The notes under the pieces are model-generated. The model searched no databases. It was not told the DNA's origin and was given only the letters and a program-made list of their open reading frames with translations. Both the position numbers and the translations under genes were made by a program. This document shows, in pieces, positions 58,001 to 64,000 of a stretch of DNA of 64,000 nucleotides. The stretch's first letter is position 1. Every line of letters begins with the position of its first letter. The stretch lies in the IMG/VR virus record IMGVR_UViG_3300032307_000369, positions 62,001 to 126,000 of that record. One strand, given 5' to 3'.

Positions 58001-58339
58001 ATGTCTAAAGTATTTGGAGCGCCAGAACAAGCTAAACTAAAACAACTAGTAAAAGATGGCTGGCAAGTAATGGACGAAATTAAAAGTCTGCAAGAAGGAT
58101 TGAATGACACAATCAAAGCTGTAGCCGAAGAGCTTGACGTTAAGCCAAGTGTAATTAAAAAAGCTATTCGTACAGCAATGAAGGACGACTGGGAACAAAC
58201 TGCTAAAGACTTTAGTGATTTGGAAGATATTGTTCATACAACAGGTCATGCTGGTCCATGGAATCAAAACACAACAGCAACAACAGCACAACCAAAACCA
58301 CAAGTAACAGATGATACAGACGATTCTGCACCATTCTAA
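58001..58339 (+). CDS. T4 DsbA/GapR-like dsDNA-binding protein
   Basis: helical LKQL..E...L.E.L.D.IK..AEEL...P..I.KA pattern; AGGAG SD. Confidence 0.55.
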   Translation: MSKVFGAPEQAKLKQLVKDGWQVMDEIKSLQEGLNDTIKAVAEELDVKPSVIKKAIRTAMKDDWEQTAKDFSDLEDIVHTTGHAGPWNQNTTATTAQPKPQVTDDTDDSAPF

Positions 58340-58613
58340 AAACGCTAAAGAATGGATCAAAGCTGACTGGGACGCAAATCCTTGGCGGTTAACTGCGGAA
58401 ACATATAATGCCTTTACAGCGTTAGCCACTGCTATCATTTTTGCCTTTATGGCTCCTAATGTGCCATACGGATTAACATATCCGTTATGGCTAAGTGGAA
58501 CATTTATAATGATATTTTGTGGCATAAGCCGAGGAAGTTTTGGCATGGTAGTAATGAGTGTTGTTATGACAATCATAGATACTTTTGGTTACATTAGATT
58601 TTTGCTACAATAA
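58311..58613 (+). CDS. 3-TM membrane protein
   Basis: three hydrophobic segments. Confidence 0.6.
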   Translation: MIQTILHHSKNAKEWIKADWDANPWRLTAETYNAFTALATAIIFAFMAPNVPYGLTYPLWLSGTFIMIFCGISRGSFGMVVMSVVMTIIDTFGYIRFLLQ

Positions 58614-58625
58614 ATATATGTAAGA

Positions 58626-58676
58626 TGGTTGATCCAGCCACAATTGGATATATTGGTTTGCAAGCCGTAAGTTGCA
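58626..58676 (+). ncRNA. tandem H-type pseudoknots in the DNA polymerase leader
   Basis: two units tggtt..agcc with different but self-complementary second stems. Confidence 0.55.
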
Positions 58677-58688
58677 GAGGAGAAAAAT

Positions 58689-61364
58689 ATGAGTTATGTA
58701 GATGCCTTCTGGGATAGAGAGAAGGACGTTATTCACGTAGTTGAACGTGATAACAAAGGTCAAAGACGTTTCGTCGACTATCCAGCGAAATACACATTTT
58801 ATTACCCTGATAATAAAGGCAAGTTCCACAGCATATTTGGTGAGTCATTATCCAAAGTCACTGCTAGAAACTTTAAAGAATTTGCAAAAGAACAAAAAAT
58901 ACACAGCAATCATACCTTGTATGAAAGCGACATCAATCCAGTATTCCGTGTTTTAGAAGAACAATACTTAGGTCAAGAACCTCCAAAGCTACATGTAGCA
59001 TTTTTTGACATTGAGGTGGACTTTGATCCAGAACGTGGCTACGCTAGTCCAGACGATGCGTTCATGCCAATTACTGCGATTGCTGTTCACCTACAATGGT
59101 TAGATACTCTAGTGTGTTTAGCTATTCCGCCAAAGACATTAACAATGGAACAGGCGAAAGAACAAATTAAAGACTTTCCAAATACAATATTATTTGAAAC
59201 TGAAGCTGAATTACTAGATACCTTTTTAACATTAATTGAAGATGCTGATGTTATTACTGGATGGAACAGCGAAGGTTTTGACGTACCTTACACAGTAAAT
59301 CGTGTAGTAAAAGTATTGAGTAAAGAAGATACTAAACGTTTTTGTCTGTTTGATCAGTATCCTAAAAAGCGTGAGTATGAAAAATTTGGCAGGACTTCAA
59401 TTACGTATGACTTTGTAGGTCGTGTACACTTGGATAGTTTAGAAGTATATAGAAAATACAAATATGAAGAAATGCACAGTTACCGATTAGATGTAATTGG
59501 TGAGCTTGAACTAGGCGAAAAGAAAACGCAATATGAGGGAACCCTAGATCAACTGTACAATCAAGACTTTAAAACATTTATTGAATACAACAGACAAGAT
59601 ACGTCGCTGTTAGATAAAATGGATAAGAAGTTAAAGTTTTTAGATTTAGCCAACGTATTAGCACATGGTAATACTGTGTTGTTACAAACAACAATGGGTG
59701 CTGTGGCTATGACTGAACAAGCTATTATTAACGAAGCACATCAACAAGGACTAATTGTTCCAAGTAGAGCAAGAAAGTCTGAACAAGGCGACACTGCGGC
59801 AGCAGGTGCTTATGTTGCGTATCCTAAAAAAGGATTACACGAATGGATTGGTGCTATCGACATTAACTCACTGTACCCGTCAGCTATTCGAGCATTAAAC
59901 ATGGCTCCAGAAACTATTGTGGGCCAATTGCGTCAAACAAAAACACAAGAGTTTATTGAAACACAAATGGCATTGCATAAAAAGTCCTTTGCTGGAAGTT
60001 GGGAAGATAAATTTGGTAGTTTAGAATACGAGTCAGTTATCAATCAAGATAAAGCAGAAGAAATTACAATTGATTGGGAAAATGGCGAAGTGTCAGTTCA
60101 CAGTGGTGCTGAGATTTATGATATGATTTTTAACAGTCATAAGCCTTGGATCTTGTCAGCTAACGGAACAATCTTCACATATGAAAAAGAAGGCATTATT
60201 CCAGGTCTGTTGAAAAAATGGTATGCTGAACGTAAAGAAATGCAAAAGAAGTCTAAGGATGCAGAATCAGCTGGAAATAAAATTGAAGCTGAATACTGGG
60301 ACAAGCGACAACTTGTGCGTAAAATTAATCTTAACAGTTTGTATGGCGCACTATTAAATCCAGGTTGTAGGTTTTTTGACAAACGCATTGGACAGTCAAC
60401 TACACTAGTTGGCAGATGTGTTGCTAGACATATGGCAGGTAAGATCAATGAAATCATTTGCGGTACATATGACTACAAAGGTAAAAGTATTATATATGGC
60501 GACACTGACTCATGTTATTTTAGTGCTTACTCAACATTAAAAACTGACATTGATAAAGGCAACATTGCATGGAATAAAGATACTGTGGTCACTTTATATG
60601 ATCAAATTGCAGATGAAGTAAACGACAGTTTTCCACAATTCATGCTTGATTATTTCCATGTACCTAAATCCCGCGGGGAAGTAATTAAGGGTGGTAGAGA
60701 GCTAGTTGCAATCAGTGGTCTGTTTATTACTAAAAAGCGTTATGGTGTTTTAATTTATGACAAAGAAGGCAAGCGTTTAGATGTTAACGACAAGCCTGGA
60801 AAAATTAAAGCCATGGGATTGGATCTTAAAAGATCTGATACTCCAGAATATATGCAAAATTTCTTAGAAGAAATTCTAACCAATGTGTTAGAAGGAAAAC
60901 AAGAAAAAGAAATTCTTGATAAAATTATTGAGTTTAGAAATGAATGGAAGACTCGTCCAGGATGGGAGAAAGGAAGTCCAAGACGTGCTAATAATATTTC
61001 TCAATATCAAGAAGAAGAACGTAAAAAAGGCAAGGCCAATATGCCAGGTCACGTTCGTGCCGCAATTAATTATAATAGAATGCGTGAAATGAATGGTGAC
61101 AAGTATTCTGTACAAATTGTTGATGGTATGAAAGTTTACGTATGTAAATTGAAAAACAACGCTATTGGGTATACAAGTATTGCATACCCTGTTGACGAAC
61201 TTAAAATTCCCAAGTGGTTTCAAGAACTTCCGTTTGATGATGCCGCAATGGAACAAACCATTATTGACAATAAAATTGACAATTTGATTGGTGTACTTGA
61301 ATGGGATATTGAAAGTACAACTGGTGCAGGAAACACGTTTAACAAACTTTTTGATTTTGAGTAA
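58689..61364 (+). CDS. family B DNA polymerase
   Basis: FDIE, GWN...FD, YN.QD; DINSLYPS, K...NSLYG, YGDTDS, KKRY. Confidence 0.97.
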   Translation: MSYVDAFWDREKDVIHVVERDNKGQRRFVDYPAKYTFYYPDNKGKFHSIFGESLSKVTARNFKEFAKEQKIHSNHTLYESDINPVFRVLEEQYLGQEPPKLHVAFFDIEVDFDPERGYASPDDAFMPITAIAVHLQWLDTLVCLAIPPKTLTMEQAKEQIKDFPNTILFETEAELLDTFLTLIEDADVITGWNSEGFDVPYTVNRVVKVLSKEDTKRFCLFDQYPKKREYEKFGRTSITYDFVGRVHLDSLEVYRKYKYEEMHSYRLDVIGELELGEKKTQYEGTLDQLYNQDFKTFIEYNRQDTSLLDKMDKKLKFLDLANVLAHGNTVLLQTTMGAVAMTEQAIINEAHQQGLIVPSRARKSEQGDTAAAGAYVAYPKKGLHEWIGAIDINSLYPSAIRALNMAPETIVGQLRQTKTQEFIETQMALHKKSFAGSWEDKFGSLEYESVINQDKAEEITIDWENGEVSVHSGAEIYDMIFNSHKPWILSANGTIFTYEKEGIIPGLLKKWYAERKEMQKKSKDAESAGNKIEAEYWDKRQLVRKINLNSLYGALLNPGCRFFDKRIGQSTTLVGRCVARHMAGKINEIICGTYDYKGKSIIYGDTDSCYFSAYSTLKTDIDKGNIAWNKDTVVTLYDQIADEVNDSFPQFMLDYFHVPKSRGEVIKGGRELVAISGLFITKKRYGVLIYDKEGKRLDVNDKPGKIKAMGLDLKRSDTPEYMQNFLEEILTNVLEGKQEKEILDKIIEFRNEWKTRPGWEKGSPRRANNISQYQEEERKKGKANMPGHVRAAINYNRMREMNGDKYSVQIVDGMKVYVCKLKNNAIGYTSIAYPVDELKIPKWFQELPFDDAAMEQTIIDNKIDNLIGVLEWDIESTTGAGNTFNKLFDFE

Positions 61365-61371
61365 AAACTAC

Positions 61372-61400
61372 TTGACTTTGAATCTAAATAATAATACAAT
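61372..61400 (+). promoter_or_regulatory. sigma70-type promoter with nested TAAATA
   Basis: TTGACT-N17-TACAAT. Confidence 0.7.
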
Positions 61401-61420
61401 TAAAAACAGGAGATTATAAT

Positions 61421-62158
61421 ATGAAAGATATACTACAAGACATCGTGGGGCATACACACAACTTAGGCTTTTTGAACATTGTAAAAATTACAGGTGACAA
61501 TGAAGCTACTAAAATTGACAGCATGGCGGATGACCGTAGCGTTATTATGCTAGGCGAAACAAATGCACCAGTTCCAGAATTAGGTGGGGTTTTTGGAATG
61601 CCGCAACTTAACAAGTTGAAATTCTTGTTAGATGGTTCAGAATACAAAGATGAAGCCAAAATTGAACTGCAATATGCAGACAGAAATGGTGCTAATATTC
61701 CAGTAGGCATTCACTTTGAAAATAAAGCAGGTGATTTTAAGAACGATTATCGTTTTATGAACACTGAAATTATTAACGAGAAATTAAAATCAGTTAAGTT
61801 CAAAGTTCCTAAATGGGACGTAGAGTTGGAGCCTAGTGTTTCTTCTGTACAAAGGTTTAATTTCCAAGCTGGCGCTAATACAGAACACACAACATTCGTT
61901 GCAAAAACTGATGGCGACAAGTTAAAGTTTGTATTTGGTGATGCTAGTACACACGGCGGTGAGTTTGTATTTGCAACAGGAATTAGTGGTACACTAAACA
62001 AAGGATGGACATGGCCCGTTGCTCCAATCCTAGCAATTTTAAAAATTGCTGATGTAAACAATACTAAGATGAGTTTTAGTAACGAAGTTGGTGCTGTTAT
62101 GATTACTCTTGATAGTGGTATTGCAACTTACAAATATATTGTTCCAGCGCAAGCCTAA
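61421..62158 (+). CDS. probable sliding clamp (gp45/PCNA-like)
   Basis: 245 aa, follows the polymerase, ends YKYIVPA; clamp loader present in the window. Confidence 0.55.
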   Translation: MKDILQDIVGHTHNLGFLNIVKITGDNEATKIDSMADDRSVIMLGETNAPVPELGGVFGMPQLNKLKFLLDGSEYKDEAKIELQYADRNGANIPVGIHFENKAGDFKNDYRFMNTEIINEKLKSVKFKVPKWDVELEPSVSSVQRFNFQAGANTEHTTFVAKTDGDKLKFVFGDASTHGGEFVFATGISGTLNKGWTWPVAPILAILKIADVNNTKMSFSNEVGAVMITLDSGIATYKYIVPAQA

Positions 62159-62162
62159 ATAA

Positions 62163-62522
62163 ATGATTAAAAACATCACTCCTTCTGGTAGATATATACA
62201 GGTAACTGGTGGCAACGCCAGTACCTATATAAATGGTTATCCTGGAGCACAAGGTGTTGGCAATATGCGTTTTAATACTTCTAATCAAAACATGGAAGTA
62301 TTTGATGGCAGTAATTGGATTATGCTCAACATGGATTATGTTAGTGTAGGTTTAAATGGAGAAGCAGAATCATTGTTAGACTGGGCACGTAAAAAGCGTG
62401 ATGAAGAGATGGAAATACAAGCTCTTGCCCAAACTAATCCTGCTGTTAAAAATGCATTAGAAGCTGTTGAACGAGCAAAAGAACAATTAAAAATAATAAA
62501 GGAATTATCAATTGAGCACTAA
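62163..62522 (+). CDS. hypothetical protein
   Basis: G.MRFN....MEVFDG..W motif. Confidence 0.6.
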   Translation: MIKNITPSGRYIQVTGGNASTYINGYPGAQGVGNMRFNTSNQNMEVFDGSNWIMLNMDYVSVGLNGEAESLLDWARKKRDEEMEIQALAQTNPAVKNALEAVERAKEQLKIIKELSIEH

Positions 62523-64000
62523 TCGTATCAATTATACAGAAACACAAAGAGACTATGCTGTGTACTTGCCAGCTATTAGTAGCTTCTATACTAAAATGGT
62601 TAGTGACACACGTCATAATCACAAAAGTGGTGTAGAGCCAGCAAGGATGCCTAAAGGGTTTGAGCATGGTATTGAATCTATGAACTTTTTAGATGCTGAA
62701 CGTGGAGCATTTACATACAAATATGGATTGTATTCAGCAGGTCATGCGCAACTTGATTTAGATAAAACTATGCTTCGAGATGCTATGGTGCAAGAGCGTG
62801 ACCGAGACAACACAATTATTTTAGGTGACTCAGGCGGTTTCCAAATTGGTAAAGGTGTATTAAAGTTTGATTGGCAAGATTTTAAAGGCAAAGGTGCTAA
62901 TAAAACTCGTGATCAAATTTTAAATTGGTTAGAGCTTACTGCTAACTGGAGTATGGTACTCGACGTGCCCACATGGGCAAGTAATGATTTACATCGTGAA
63001 AAAACTGGTTTGAATAATTTTCAAGATTGCTTAGATGCAACTATTTGGAATAATAATTATTTCGCACAGAATCGTCTAGGTAATACAAAATTTTTAAACG
63101 TGTTACAAGGTAACAGTTTAGAAGAAGCTGACATTTGGTATGATGCTGTTAAACATTTGCCATTTGAAGGTTGGGCAATGGGCTCACAGAACATGTGTAA
63201 TATGCCAATTATTTTGCATAGACTAATAACAATGCGTGATGAAGGCATGCTAGAAGGCAAAGATTGGATACACTTCTTAGGTACTGCTCCATTAGACTGG
63301 GCTTGCTACTTAACAAGTATACAACGTCAATTGCGTAAGCATTGCAATCCTAACATCACTGTTAGTTTTGACTGTGCAAGTCCTTACATTGCAGTAGCAT
63401 ATGGTCTTTCATATACAGACCCAAGTTTCCGTAGAGATAAATGGTCAATTTTGATGGAAAAAGCTCCAGATAATAAAATTTGGGCAGGTGATACCATACC
63501 ATTCCCATGGCGCAGTGCTATTGGCAATCGTTTGACTATGGGAGATGTTTGTTATTATAAACCTGGCGACTTAAACAAAGTTGGCAAAGAAGGTAAAACT
63601 AGTTGGGATAGTTTTAGTTATGGCTTGTACATGGCACATAATACTGAAGTACACATCCAAGCTGTGCAACGTGCTAATCAACTGATGGATATGGAAGTGG
63701 CACGTTATAAACCAGATTGGAGATACTGGCGTAAACTTAACGAACGAGAAGAAAAAAGTGATAGCCCAAGTGAATGGGTTCCTCGAAATATTCTATACTT
63801 TGATCGTTTTGTTCAAGAATTATTTGAAAGCGACGATCCACGCACAATGTTAAAACATGCACACAATTTCTTAACCGAATTGCAAGGCGGATTACAGCGT
63901 GGCAAAACTGGCAACGATGTTAAAAATCGTGTTATTAATGCAGTGTTTGATTTTGGTGAAGACACAATCCCATCAAATGAAGAATTAACTGACATGAACG
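62512..64000 (+). CDS. TGT-fold transglycosylase, DpdA-like (3' truncated; absent from ORF track)
   Basis: AAGGA SD, TTG start; hand-translated GDSGGFQ, LDVP, VLQG, HFLG, SFDCASP. Confidence 0.75.
   Translation, partial: MSTNRINYTETQRDYAVYLPAISSFYTKMVSDTRHNHKSGVEPARMPKGFEHGIESMNFLDAERGAFTYKYGLYSAGHAQLDLDKTMLRDAMVQERDRDNTIILGDSGGFQIGKGVLKFDWQDFKGKGANKTRDQILNWLELTANWSMVLDVPTWASNDLHREKTGLNNFQDCLDATIWNNNYFAQNRLGNTKFLNVLQGNSLEEADIWYDAVKHLPFEGWAMGSQNMCNMPIILHRLITMRDEGMLEGKDWIHFLGTAPLDWACYLTSIQRQLRKHCNPNITVSFDCASPYIAVAYGLSYTDPSFRRDKWSILMEKAPDNKIWAGDTIPFPWRSAIGNRLTMGDVCYYKPGDLNKVGKEGKTSWDSFSYGLYMAHNTEVHIQAVQRANQLMDMEVARYKPDWRYWRKLNEREEKSDSPSEWVPRNILYFDRFVQELFESDDPRTMLKHAHNFLTELQGGLQRGKTGNDVKNRVINAVFDFGEDTIPSNEELTDMN

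Noticed and set aside
58689-61364. Intein or intron in the DNA polymerase
   Set aside because: The ORF is continuous with normal motif order, and I saw no splice-junction or homing-endonuclease motifs.

Overview
This 64-kb window is from a large, AT-rich, T4-like (myovirus-type) lytic phage genome. Genes are densely packed, almost all on the + strand, and use the standard code; I saw no tRNA, CRISPR or IS element. Host-like IscU/IscA and a two-component spanin point to a Gram-negative, probably proteobacterial, host (inference). In order it contains: (1) an early region with the rIIB end, an SPFH lipoprotein, a cytidylyltransferase, ClpP, QueD, a cupin and UvsE; (2) a hybrid Fe-S operon (sufC-sufD-sufS-like plus iscU-iscA) whose Suf members carry substitutions at catalytic residues; (3) about 17 kb of giant tail/baseplate genes; (4) a DnaE fragment, GroES, MazG, clamp loader and PhoH; (5) an expanded lysis/envelope cluster; (6) DnaJ, peptide deformylase and ClpA; (7) an 11-kb cluster in which nine unrelated proteins share one N-terminal tag resembling the T4 capsid-targeting sequence, including two Pol-beta-type nucleotidyltransferases, an RNA-ligase-like/HIGH fusion, two peptidoglycan hydrolases and apparent polyproteins; (8) family B DNA polymerase preceded by tandem pseudoknots, a probable sliding clamp and a TGT/DpdA-like gene running off the end. 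The best candidate for an undescribed system is the tagged capsid-cargo cluster (46990-57901). Second is the catalytically degenerate Suf module. All calls come from motif recognition by eye; hand-counted coordinates may be off by a few nt.
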